From NCBI RefSeq assembly GCF_006345805.1, contig NC_043000.1, positions 78,678,001-78,742,000 on the forward strand: a stretch of DNA of 64,000 nucleotides, given 5' to 3'. Below the pieces are notes generated by a model that saw nothing but the letters and a program-made list of their open reading frames with translations, was not told the DNA's origin and did not search any database. The position numbers and the translations under genes are program-made. Positions 37,810 through 50,472 of this stretch are shown one piece after another; within the stretch, counting starts at the first letter, position 1, and every line of letters starts with the position of its first letter. The DNA comes from Octopus sinensis (taxonomy: Eukaryota).

Positions 37810-40028
37810 ATTCGTCCTGAGTCTCTTAGATTTAGTAATCAGATAAGTTTAGAGAAGACTAGAATAGATGATAACTTAACTAAGGAATTAGAGGAGGCCA
37901 TGGAATATGGCTCTGCATCCTGAGTGATGGCGGCGAGAGCAGTTTGGTTCTGTCATCTCAAAGCCAAACGCGAAGGGTGTAGAATCATGGCCAAGTTACG
38001 TCCGGTGAGGAGAGGGGGTATTAACGTTGCCGGAGGGGCACGTCATGTGGAGAGTCGGAGAGGAAAGATACCTCTATAAAGTCTTTAACGGACGAGCATG
38101 GGCGATTACGATTGAAGGACAAGAGGAGATGCAAAAGGTTTTCCACCAGCATTTCGCCTAGTTGTTCAAGGAGAGCGATGCACTGTATCGTAGGGAGTCC
38201 CTAAACAACTTTCTCGCCGGTGGGCCGCGACCCTCGGCACGGGAGCCAGAATGCCGTGAAGGACCGATTATAGCTGCGGAGTTCGAAGAGGTACTGGCTG
38301 AGTGCACTGGGGACAAGTCACCGGGGCTGGATAGTCTGCCCTATAAATTTTATCGTAGTATGCCTGACTTGTTCAGACAATTGCTGGCCGGCGTCTACAC
38401 AAACTGGCAACAGAATGGGAGGATTCCCAGCTCTGTGATATGGGGAGTGGTGGCGCTGATCAGAAAAGACCCGAGCAAGAGGGACAATATTAGTAATTTC
38501 AGGCCCATAACTCTACTTAATGTAGAGTTAAAGATTTTGGCTAAGGTAGAGATGCAATCAAAGGATACGAGGCAGGGAAAAATTTTAACAAGCACAAGTC
38601 CATTGGCTTGTGGCTCAAAACCTGGTGTGGCAAGACGACATCGTCCACTGTTGTGGGGCACTTCATGGATGGTCCTGTTAAGTTGCTAGGAATTTGAATT
38701 GGACCAGAGTCCCAGACGGAGAAGAATTGGAGCGAGGTGGCAGGCTGGGTGGAGGCCCTAGTTCGGACTTGGTCTGGAGGGACACTGTCCCTGAATGGGA
38801 GGGCGGAGGTGGTGCAGGTGTTTATTGAATCTGTTATCACCTACCGTGTAACCGTTGTCCCTAGCCCTTGATTCATGGCCAAATAATTTGGCACGCCTTC
38901 TCTTCTGCTTGTTGTGGAAGGGAGGAGAGCCTCCTGTGAGGCGCTCCGTATGCTGCCAAGAACCGCTAAAGAGTGGGTTAGAGATGCCGTGGCTAATGAT
39001 GTGCAGGCATTCACTGAGGCTAAGGCATCTCTGGCTCTACCTGGATTGTGGGCAGCTGTGGAATTCGCTAGCGGAGGAATTCTTTCCACGACCGGCCACC
39101 TTGGAGGAATTTACACCCGATTTGATTAAAAGACGTAATACGACTGAATAGCAAAAGGAGTGCCTACAGGCACTGGCGCTAATCCACAAGGCGGACAAAG
39201 CCGGCAGTGGGAATACCACCTCGGTATTTTATAAAGGGCTGGTGGAGTTTAAGAGTGATGACGTCCTAGGAGGTACTCTGGAGCTCGATGAGAACCAGCT
39301 AGCCAACTTGTTTCAAAGAACTTTCAGGCCGTGTTACTTGGATAATTACCAAATATCCCTGACCTGGCAGTGCTATAGGATCGCATTACCTGTTCGCGAA
39401 AAATTGTCTCGGCATGGTATACCATGCCTAACGTGTGGGTAGGATGATGGAACCGTCCTGCACGCTCTCGTACAGTGCCCGGAGCTTTCGGGTTTGACAA
39501 TTTACACAGAACACGTGTTTTCGCATTTAGGGAGAGTACAGCTATCAGCTGAGTCTATAATAAAGATTACACCACCAACCGGAATATCTAAGGAAAATGG
39601 GACATGTTGTTTTTGTACAGTCGCAATGTTGAAATAGTGTGTATGAAGAACTAGAATGCAAGGACTTTTGGCAGGATCCTTCATCTCTGGCCCTGGTCTG
39701 CTGTATTATTTCAGTTATCATCTGAAAGAGCAGGATAGGGTTGGAGAGGAGACACTTGTCGCGAAGTATATTCGAGAAAAGATGGAACGATGTAGCAAGG
39801 AAGTTAGGCTTGTTTGTCCCTACTTAATCTCATTCGTGGTAGAAGCAAAGGTGTAGTCGCTGGACTTCATGGCAATAATTTGTGTGTAAAAAGTGGGAAA
39901 TTAAAAAAAATTCTTATATACATCATCGAATTTCAAAATTATCATATGAACTTGCGTAACACTATTTGTTTGTAACGTCCTGTACTGTCCTTTTCTGTAT
40001 ACGATATGAATTATCATAATAAAGAATT
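37810..40028 (+). mobile_element. 5'-truncated Tx1-clade LINE with the RT core deleted
   Basis: Collinear with 41900-44400 but jumps from LKILAKV to about EDAIKGY at about 38548. It ends at aataaagaa. Confidence 0.88.
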
Positions 40029-40029
40029 C

Positions 40030-43000
40030 CTCTTAGTTACAGCTCGTTTGGCTGCTGCTGCTTGTATGAGTTCATTCTGTTTAATGTTTATTGTTATTAC
40101 ACCATTTGTTACACTTGTTATACTTGTTGAATTTGAACTCCTATCGTTTTGTTAACGGTAATTTTCGCCCTACATGGCAGAAAATTGTGCCTATCCTGCT
40201 CTTTGAGATGATAACTGAAATAATACAGCAGACCAGGGCCAGAGATGAAGGATCCTGCCAAAAGTCCTTGCATTCTAGTTCTTCATACACACTATTTCAA
40301 CATTGCGACTGTACAAAAACAACATGTCCCAATTTCCTTAGATATTCCGGTTGGAGGGACGTAGGCCTCGGTGCCTCAAGTGTGGAGAAAAGGGCCACGT
40401 CCACTCGGAAGGCTAAAAAAAAAAAGAAACAAAAAAAAGACTGAAGCCCCTCCTCAAAAAGGAAGAGAAAATACAACAAGAAAAGGGAGGAAAAGAAGCA
40501 GAAAAAGTAGAGGGAAAAAGACAAAGAGAAACAAAATAGCCAATATCAGAAAATACATCTCTTTTGGCGGAGGAGGACATGGAGTTTACGACGGTCATAT
40601 CACACAAAAGAAAAAAGGCTAAGCTCCCTAGACAAAGAAAACAAACATAAACACCAGAGTCACACAAGAAAAACTTCCGCACTCCACCCCCAAGTTAAAA
40701 CCCTTTACCAAACCCCCTCCCAAAACACATGAAGAGATAGTTACGTTCAACGACAAGAAAAAGGCTGTATTAGCAAAAGGAATTGGAGTACCCCATAAAA
40801 CGCGTCTATATAAAACAATACAAGGCATACCACCTAACATCCGTTTGGCGAGAATAGATGCGGAGCTGTTCCAAGAGTTCAATGAAAGATGCCCCAAGGA
40901 CATCCACGTTGTAAACCAGGTGATGGCGTAAAAAAGCTTACGTTTATCCTAGCGGTTACACCTCAGAAAGAAAAGGTGGGGAGTTTGCCGAATTCGTGCA
41001 GCGCCTCCCCAAAACTTAAAATGTAAGTAAAACTTTTACTATGGAGATTAAGTTGGGGTGTATAAATGCACGTGGCCTGGGATCGAGAGGGAAACAAACT
41101 TGTCTCCTAAACGACCTTAGGTCACTAGATATTGATGTCTGTGTTGTGACTGACTCCAAGCTGAATGGGCCACAAGCGTTCTCGCCTCTTCTAAATGGCT
41201 CCGAGAAATTTATTACTCCTAGTCGGCGGAGAGGCGGGGGCGTAGTGGTCTTGTTCAGAAAAAAAATTGAACTTATAGGTAAGTAACAGTCTTTCTTGAC
41301 CCAGAAGGTAGCCTGGTCGTTTTGGATGTGACACACGTAAGTAAATAGTCCTTCAGGCTGGTAGATGTCTACCCTCCTAAAGAGTGTAGAAAGGTGATTT
41401 TCATCGGGACGTGGAGAGCTTTTTAGTAACGTCGAAAACTCTAGTTTTATTAGGAGAATTTAACACTATTCTCGACGCATGGGTGGAAAATATTGGCTCG
41501 ACAGATAGAAGCGGAAATCCTGGCCTCAAAAGGCTACTAGGAAGCTATAACCTAGTAGACCGATACAGACTGGATAAACCGCTCGTTCCACAGTGGGTGT
41601 GGACTAATAACGACGGTTCACACAGATCTTATTTAGATAGGATATTCGTTAGAGATAGAGATAGGAATACGCTTAGTTGTCCACGCTTTTGTTGTGTCCC
41701 TTACACGGATCACAAGTTTGTGACGTGTGAGATATACCTATATAAGTGTCATAGGCAGGAACTGGGGTACTAGAAGATGAAAGATGAAGTCTTTTTTGAC
41801 TTATAAAACCTTCCGTGTCTGGGTAAAGGATTAGTGCAGACGGCATTATGCGGTGCCATCATTAATAATAGGTGGTGGTGCGCCCTCAAGACAGTCATTC
41901 GTTCTGAGTCTCTTAGATTTAGTAATCAGATAAGTTTAGAGAATGAAGGAATTACATGAGGCCATGGAATCTGGCTTTGCATCGAGAGCGATGGCGGTGA
42001 GAGCGATTTGTCCCGTCGTCTCAAAGCCAAACACGAAGGGTGTAGAGTCAGGGCTAAGTTACGTGCGGCGAGGAGCAAGGATATTAACGTTTCCGGATGG
42101 GCACGTCGTATGGAGAGTCGGAGAGGCAGAGAAGTCTCTATAAAGTCTTTAACGGACGAGCATGGGCGTACGATTGAAGGACAGGAGGAGATGCAAAAGG
42201 CTTTTCGTCAGCGTTTCGCCCGGTTATTTGGGGAGAGCGATGCACTGGATCGTGGGGAGTCCCAAAAGGACTTCCTTGCCGGTGGACTGCGACTGTCGGC
42301 ACGGGAGGCGGAATGCTGTGAAGGACCGATTACAGATGCTGAGGTTGAAGAGGTGCTAGCTGAGTGCACCGGGGACAAGTCGCCGGGGCTAGATAGTCTG
42401 CCCTATGAATTTTATCGTAGCATGCCTGACTTGTTCAGACACATGTTGCGCTGCGTCTGCAAAAACTGGCAGCAGAATGGGAGAATTCCCAGTTCTGTGA
42501 ATCGGGGAGGGTGAAGCTGATCAGAAAAGATCGGAGCAAGGGGGACCATACTAATAATTTCAAGCCCATAACTCTACTTAATGTAGAGTTAAAGATTTTG
42601 GCCAAGGTGCTAGCAAAAAACGGTTGACACATGTCGTGGAGAAACTTGTAGGGAAGGCGCAGACATGCGCCATCCTAGGTAGGTCGATCCAGGAAATCTT
42701 CATCTCTTACACTACACTTTAGACAGGGTTGGTAAATTATCCGATAAATTATCCATTTAGACCAAAGTAAAGTTTTTGATAGGGTAGATCACCAGTACCA
42801 GGCGGCGGTCCTTGAGGCGGCTGGGCTGTCCTCGGACTTCTGCAGTTGGATCATTGCCATTTATGGCGGAATCAAATCCACAGTCCAGATAAACGGTTAC
42901 CTGTCGGTGCAGTTTCAGATCAAGCGCTCGGTTCGTCAAAGGAGGCCCCTGTCTTCGCTTCTGTATGTACTGGCTCTTGAGCCATTGCTGCGGAGGTTGG

Positions 43001-44400
43001 AGAGTTTGGGTGGTATACCGAATGAAATCGGATATGGTAAGTCTGTTTCTGTATATGCGGATGACGTCACCATGACCGTCCCTGTCAAATGAAGCTCAGC
43101 TACATTGTGTAGAGGATGCAATCAAAGGATACGAGGTGGTGGCAGGGACAAAAGTTAACAAAGACAAGTCCATTGGCTTGCGGCTCGGCACCTGTTGCGT
43201 CAAGACGATAGCATCCAGTGTCGAGGGGCACTGGATATATGGTCCTGTCAAGTTGCTTGTAGTCTGGTTCGGACAAGATTCCCAGACGGAGAAGAATTGG
43301 AGCGAGGTGACAGGCAGAGTGGAGGCCTTAGTCCAGATCTAGTCTGGAAGGGAGCTGTCCCTGGAAGGGAGCTGTCCCTGGAAGGGAGGGCGGAGGTGTT
43401 GCAGGTGTTTATTGAATCTGTTATCAACTACCGTGTAACCGTTGTCACTTGCATTGATTCGTGGCTAAGCAATTTGGCACGCCTTCTCTTCCGCTTGTTG
43501 TGGAGGGAAGGAAAGCCAAGAACCGTTAAAGGGTGGGTTAGGGATGCCGTGGATAACGGTGTGCAGGCATTCACTGAGGCTAAGGCATCTCTGGCTCTAC
43601 CTGGATGGTGGGCAGCTGTGGAATTCGCTAGCGGAAGAATTCTTTCCACGGCCGGCCACCTTGGAGGAATTTACACCCGATTTGATTAAAAGACGTAATA
43701 TGACTGAATAGCAAAAGGAGTGCCGACAGCCACTGGCGCTAATCCACAAGGCAGACAAAGCCGGCAGTGGGAATACCACCTCGGTATTTTTTAAAGGACT
43801 GGTGGAGTTTAAGAGTGATGACGTCCTAGGAGGAGCTCTGGAGCTCGATGAGAACCTGTCCCAGGGAACTTTCAGGCTAGGGTACTTGGATAACTAGCAA
43901 AATCCCTGACCTGGCAGTGTTATAGGAACGCGTTACCTGTTCGCGAAAAATTATCCAAGCATGCCCAAGGTGCGGGCAGGACGATTAAACCGTACCTCCA
44001 CCCGGACCATGAAAGGAAAGGGGACATGTTTATTGTGTACAGTCGCAGTGTTGAAAGAGAATGTATGGAGAACTAGAAAGATAGGAGTCACGACGGAAAC
44101 TTGTATCTCAGGCCCTGGGTTGTTGTATTATTTCAGATATCCTCTGAAGAGCAAGACAGAGCTGGAGAGGAGACACCTATCGCGAAGTATATTCGGGAAA
44201 AGATGGAAGGATGTAGCAAGGAGGTTGGGTGTGATTTACCCTACTTAATCTTATTCTTGGTAAAAGAATGGTGTAGTTGCTGGTCTAAAAGGTACAAACA
44301 ATTTTAAATTACTATATACATCATCTAATATCAACTCATAATCACATCATTTGTTTGTAATATCCTTTACCATCCTTTTCTATGTAAGTTATTATCATAA
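40030..44400 (+). mobile_element. Near full-length decayed Tx1-clade LINE
   Basis: Zinc knuckle CLKCGEKGH; ORF2 from ATG 41041 (CINARGLG, YLDRIFV, YTDH); YADD at about 43053; many stops and frameshifts. Confidence 0.9.
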
Positions 44401-44465
44401 GGATCCATCTCAGGTACATCTCATCGACAAGAGTCAACAAACTCGAAACATCGATGCCCCAGATT

Positions 44466-44467
<2 letters not shown>

Positions 44468-44543
<76 letters not shown>

Positions 44544-44559
44544 AAGAAAGAGAGGGAGG

Positions 44560-44606
<47 letters not shown>

Positions 44607-44628
44607 AATAAAGAAAGAGAGAGAGAGC
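44468..44628. repeat. (GA)n microsatellite
   Basis: Direct reading. Confidence 0.97.
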
Positions 44629-44769
44629 GAGCGACACTGAACGAACAGCGATTTTTTCTCCACAGTAACTACAGTGTATTTGCCTTTAGCAGTTGAAATA
44701 TGTGACAGCTAACCTAAATCGGGAATACATACATACACGCACGCGCGCGCGCGCACACACTCATGTATA

Positions 44770-44931
44770 TATTTATATTAAGGGCATTACTACACGTAAA
44801 TACCTCGCGCTATAAAGGACTCTTAAAATCAAAACTACCATAATAAATATATATTTATTATGGTAGTTTTGAGTTTAAGGTTCCCTAATAGCGCGAGGAA
44901 TTTACGTGTAGTAATGCCCTTAATATAAATA
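44770..44931. mobile_element. 162-bp loopless palindrome (MITE) with TTAA flanks
   Basis: Centre at 44850/44851; about 6 mismatches over 81 bp; TTAA|GGGCATTAC...GTAATGCCC|TTAA. Confidence 0.8.
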
Positions 44932-45150
44932 AATATATTAAAAGGGAATAGTTATAAATTTTTCTCTTTTGAGGTTTTCACGCTGACGACTTGATAAATT
45001 CTTATAAAGATTTTACATGCATATATATATATATACATGCCTACATATAAATGAGTATTTACTTAGGTATATTTGTTTCTATGCATGTATGCGAAGTTTG
45101 CCAGCATAAGCTAGAAATATTTCTTAATGTTAAGTTGCACGTATCTATGA

Positions 45151-45204
<54 letters not shown>

Positions 45205-45679
45205 ACACAAATTCATACTAATATATACACACGCGTGTATATATGTGTGTATCTGTTTGTTTGTGTGTGCGTGTATTGTGGGCAGCTCGAATTATTGAAA
45301 ACATGACAGGCTCCATTTTTAATCATGCTTGTGATTTCTAAGTCAATCTTGAACAATGCGTTTCCAGCTCTACATCAATGTTTCTTACTCTGCAAAGTTT
45401 GTCATGAAAGTTTTGCCGTGTCGTTGTTATGGATATTCCTTTTTCTCATTCATTAGCTCCTGGTTTGCAATTTTCGAAATATTGAATATAAAATTCTTTC
45501 AACAATTCAGAAATAAGTTGACCAAATTACTTTTCGTGTTTTCAGGGTCAAATATTGGGGTCTGTATAATCAATTTTCCCCTCCGCTCAACATTACTGGC
45601 CTTGTACCAGAATTTAAAAAAAAACATTATTTATGTTTATATAAGATGCAGAATATAATGTTTGGCACAGATCATTCAG

Positions 45680-46600
45680 ATATTGAAATATTGAAATACT
45701 TTTCATCTCAGATATTCATATAGATAACTTCATTATCTAAAATCGTTTGAAGAATTTTACAATTATAAATCAAACAAAAATATGTGGCAAGTAAATGTTT
45801 TATTTTAAACTCTGTAATATTTACAATTATCAAAATTATCGAAATAAATTAACGGTCTTTCATCTGTAACGTCGCTTCTGAAAGGAATATAATTACAAGA
45901 AATTAATATATTTATCAGATTGAACATAAATATCTTATATAACATTTAAACGTGGAATTTCTATTTAAAAAAGTGTATATTAGATTCAATAAATTCCACA
46001 TTATCATACAACAAAGTATAGATATTTCACCAAGAGCAATAATAAACAGAAAATTTCCAAATCATTCGCTCACGAACTATATTCTGAAACGTGAGACAAT
46101 ATATAATAAATTTTGCAAATCTGTATCGCAATGGTAACGTAATGTAAAAGATAGTCTACTGGTTTCACAAAAAGAGTAACGAAGTAAGTTTAAATATTGA
46201 AAGTTAATAATTTACTTCCATATGAATTAATAAATATACGCATATATACAAAAATCTGATGTTTATAAATAAGGGGACATTGGATATCTTCATGATAATG
46301 GTAATGTCAATAAAATGAACGAGTTCAAATGAAGATCGTAATCGAATCACTGATACCATTTTGTTGGTTGCATAAATATAGTACAGTGACAGCATTCCAG
46401 ATCTTATGCTATACATTACTTAATTCCTTCTTGTTTTTTTTTTCTGTTTATGATGCGTAATTATATCGGGACAAGACTCGTTATATTAGAGATATTACAA
46501 CTAATAGAAAACTTTACTCACCTGTCTATAACAATCATACTTGGTACACTTGACATTTCCATTTAAACATCGACAAACATTGCATCTATCTTGAGTCATC
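45680..46600. repeat. Diverged tandem duplicate of 47440-48375 (end of exon 2 plus downstream intron)
   Basis: Collinear blocks such as atagataact...ttatctaaaat, gtaacgtcgc.tctgaaa, and actttactcacc...ttgagtcat occur in both. Confidence 0.88.
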
Positions 46601-46700
46601 AACAAATTCGAAAAGAAGACGACTATTGTATGTTCAAAATTATACATTGCGTGACATACAATAGGATGTGGAAATGTTTGCCAGTCCAGAGGAGGTTTAA
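46522..46700 (-). CDS. Candidate alternative exon containing a copy of module 16
   Basis: Open frame of 179 nt ending MTQDRCNVCRCLNGNVKCTKYDCYRQ|gtgagt. The acceptor gtgtttag is weak. Confidence 0.35.
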
Positions 46701-46930
46701 CTAAACACGATACATTATATCAGAATATGCTTCTGCATACTGATATACCTATAAGCAGCTTTGTTTGTGTAGTCTCCCGAAACACATGTAGAAGCTTAAC
46801 AGGCATAAATAGCAACTGTGGTCGAGTGTAAGATGCATTCCATGATGAGATATGACAACAACCCTCAGACATGAGGGTCATTTCTTATTCGCTAGCACAT
46901 GACTTGAATTTTTCTAACTATAGAAAATGT

Positions 46931-47077
46931 AAGGAGTGGCTGTGTGGTAAGCACCTGGTTTACACCAACCACATGGTTCCGGGTTCAGTCCCACTGCGTA
47001 GCACCTTGGACACCGATCAAAACCATGTGAGTGGATTTGGTAGACGGAAACTGAAATAAGCCCGTCATATATATGTA

Positions 47078-47148
<71 letters not shown>

Positions 47149-47359
47149 TTGTTTGTCTGTGTTTGTCCACCCAACATCGCTTGACAACCGATACTGGTGT
47201 GTTTACGGCTCCGTAACTTAGCAGTTCAGCAAAAGAGACCGATAGAATAAGTACTAGGCTTACAAAGAATAAGTCCTGGGGTGGATCTGCTCGGCTTAAA
47301 GGCGGTGCTCCAGCATGGCTACAGTCAAATGACTGAAACAAGTAAAAGAGTGAAAGAGT
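46931..47359 (+). mobile_element. tRNA-derived SINE (cephalopod-type), family 2, with internal (TA)n
   Basis: tggctgtgtgg (A box), ggttcagtccc (B box), and tail ggcggtgctccagcatgg...caaatgactgaaacaagtaaaaga. Confidence 0.82.
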
Positions 47360-48297
47360 AATTCTGAAGTAATTTGACCAACTCTGTTATTCGTCATTTC
47401 CGGGTCAATAAAACAAAAGTAGTTAACAACAAATCATTCAAATATTGAAGTACTGAAATGCTTTTCATCACAGATCTTCAAATAGATAACTCGATTATCT
47501 AAAATGGTATTGAAGAAGTTTACAGTTATAAATCAAACAAAAGGTTCGGCAGATATATATTTTATTTAAAAACGTTATGTTTGTAATATTTACAATTCTT
47601 AAAAATATCAATATAAATTAACTGTTCTTCATCAGTAACGTCGCCTCTGAAAAGAATAAAATTACAAGAAATCAATATATTTATTAGATTGGACATACAA
47701 ATTAAAAACAATAACATTGACTAAGTATCAAGTTGGATTTATATTTCAAAATGCGTATATTAGATTAGATGTATATATCACATTCTTTTACAACAAAGTA
47801 TGGATATTTCACCAGGCGCAGAAAAGCTTAACTCACGAACTATATTCTGAAACGTGAGATAATATATAGTAAAATTTACAATTCTTTATCGCAATGCTAC
47901 TTACAATGATGATTCAATGCGAAAGCTAGTCTGTTGATTTCACAAGAGTAGCAATAAAGTTAGTTGAAACATTGAAAGTTAATAATTTTCATATAGATAA
48001 TGAAATATATGCAGATATACAAAATCTCGTGTTTACAATGAAGAGAACATTGGCTTTCTTCAAGATAATGGTAGGGTCAATGAAATTGAACTACTTCAAA
48101 TAAAGACAGAAATCGAATCGCTGATACAATTTTGTTTGTACGACAATGTAGTAGCGTGTAGTACAGTGAGAGCATTGCAATGTTTATGCTAAACATTATT
48201 CAATTCTTTGTTGTTTTCTCTGTTTACAATGACTCACTATATAAGGATGAGACACGTTATATTAGGGAGATCCAAACTAATAGAAAACTTTACTCAC

Positions 48298-50114
48298 CTC
48301 TTTATAACAATCGTATTTGGTACACCTGACATTTCCATTTGAACATCGACAAACATTGCATCTATCTTGAGTCATAAATGTTTTTCCATCTGGGATAGTT
48401 TTCCCATAATATTGGCATGTAGTTGGGGGACAGTACATTTTAGTACAGGATACTTGACCAAACTGTCCGCATGTACAGGTGTTGCAGTCATCTTTAAATG
48501 TTTCGCCAGCAGAATAGGTTTTTCCTTTGTGTATACAGGGTTTCGTGCATGTATTCTGTTCACAAACCACCCTTCCCTCAGAAGTGCACTGACATTTGTT
48601 GCAATCATTATACCATATAGAACCAATGTCGTAATGCTTGCCGTTGTAATTGCAGGTACATAGATTTGTAGTGCAGTCTACAGTACCATCGGCTTTGCAT
48701 GTGCACGTGTTACAATCCTTTCTAAATGAATCCCCTATTCCGTAGGTGTTTCCATTGTAAAAGCAATTACAAGGGTTATTAGTACAGCTGACTCTACCGT
48801 TCACTTCACACGTACATGTATTACAACCTTGTCTAAATGTTTGACCTACATTATGAAGCTTGTTGTTGTAAGTACATTTGCAAACTTTGGTTGTACATTG
48901 AACATATCCAGTTGATAAACATTGGCATTGGTTACAATCTTCGTGAAATATCTGACCAATTTTATAAGACTGTCCTTTCCGTGTACATCGACACGTTTTA
49001 TATGTGCAGTCTACTTGTCCGTTATGCTGACATGTACAAATGTTACAGTCATCAGTGAATGCCTGTCCGATATTATAAACTTTATGATTGTAAGTACAGG
49101 TACATGGATTTGTAGTGCAGTCTACGGTGCCATCGGCTTGGCATGTACACGTATTACAGCCCTTTCTAAATGTTTGACCTATATTATAAATCTGGTTGTT
49201 ATAACTACATTTGCACGTTCTATATGTGCACTCTACTTGTCCGTTATGCTGACATGTACAATTATTGCAGTCATCAGTGAATGTCTGTCCCATATTATAA
49301 ACCCTGTGTTTGTATGTACAGGTACATGGATTTGTAGTGCAGTCTACACTACCATCGATTTTACATGTGCATGTATTGCAGCCGTTTGGAAATGTTTCAC
49401 CAATTCGGTAGGTATTTCCGTTATAAATGCATTTGCATCGCTTGTTAGAACACTGGACTGTACCACTAAACAAACATTGACATTCATCACATTCACCAAA
49501 TCTTTGGCCAATATTATAGGTCCGTCCTTGGTAAGTACATTGACAGACTCTTGTTGTACAATCTACTTGTCCGTTTATACAACGGCAAGTGTTGCAAGCG
49601 TCAGTGAAAGTTTGACCCTCTTGATATTGTGAATTTTTGTAATAACAGCCACATCTATCACTGTTACACTGCACTGTTCCTGTAGTTTGACAGGTGCAAG
49701 TCTTACAACCATCATTGAAACTCACTCCAACGTCGTAGTCTTTACCATTATACTGGCAGTGACACACGTTATTAGTACACTGAATATAGCCAGAAGAAAG
49801 ACATTTACATCTATTACATTTGTCTTGGAATTCTTCACCCTCTTGGTATACCTTTCCGTTGTAAGTACATTGTTTAGGGCAGTCTTTGTTGCTACATTGT
49901 ACCTGACCACCGTGTTTGCATTCACATGTATTACAGGATTGCTGGAATGTCTCTCCTACTCTGTAACGTCTACCTTGATAGATACAAGTAGATTCCTGCC
50001 CGTAATCACAACGCAAATTTGTACAGACTGCTTTGCCATATTCACCACATACACACGTGTTGCAGTCGATATTAAATGCTCCTTCATATCTTATTCCATT
50101 ATGTATGCATTCGT
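48298..50114 (-). CDS. Exon 2 of a secreted Cys-rich protein: 16 tandem 6-Cys half-VWC/pacifastin-like modules
   Basis: Uninterrupted 605-codon frame of C-x16-C-N-x-C-x-C-x3-G-x-V-x-C-T-x3-C units. Acceptor ttctttacag (phase 1) and donor GAG|gtgagt (phase 0). Confidence 0.95.
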
Positions 50115-50217
50115 CTGTAAAGAAGAGCAACAGTTAATAGTTATTTCAATTAACCACAACAATGTTATCTACTGCAAATTGAATATTTATATTCCAACGT
50201 AATTTCTTATATACTTA

Positions 50218-50472
50218 CACACATACATACATACATACATACATACATACATACATACATACATACATACATACATACATACATACATACATACATACAT
50301 ACATACATACATACATGCATGCATGCATGCATACATACATACATACATACATACATACATACATACATACATACATACATGCATGCATGCATGCATGCAT
50401 GCATACATACACATACATACATACATACATACATACATACATACATACATACATACATACATACATACATAC
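50218..50472. repeat. (CATA)n/(CATG)n microsatellite
   Basis: Direct reading. Confidence 0.97.

Noticed and set aside
45500-45600. Candidate terminal exon ASNVERRGKL...FLNC*
   Set aside because: The acceptor is a non-preferred AAG and a nearby CAG gives an immediate stop. No poly(A) signal or homology was seen, so it cannot be supported without cDNA.
48298-50114. Regular periodicity of about 111 bp as a CRISPR-like array
   Set aside because: The units are diverged in-frame protein modules, not repeat-spacer DNA.
48367-50202. Plus-strand ORFs overlapping the repeat exon
   Set aside because: They are antisense shadows of the Cys-rich minus-strand frame.
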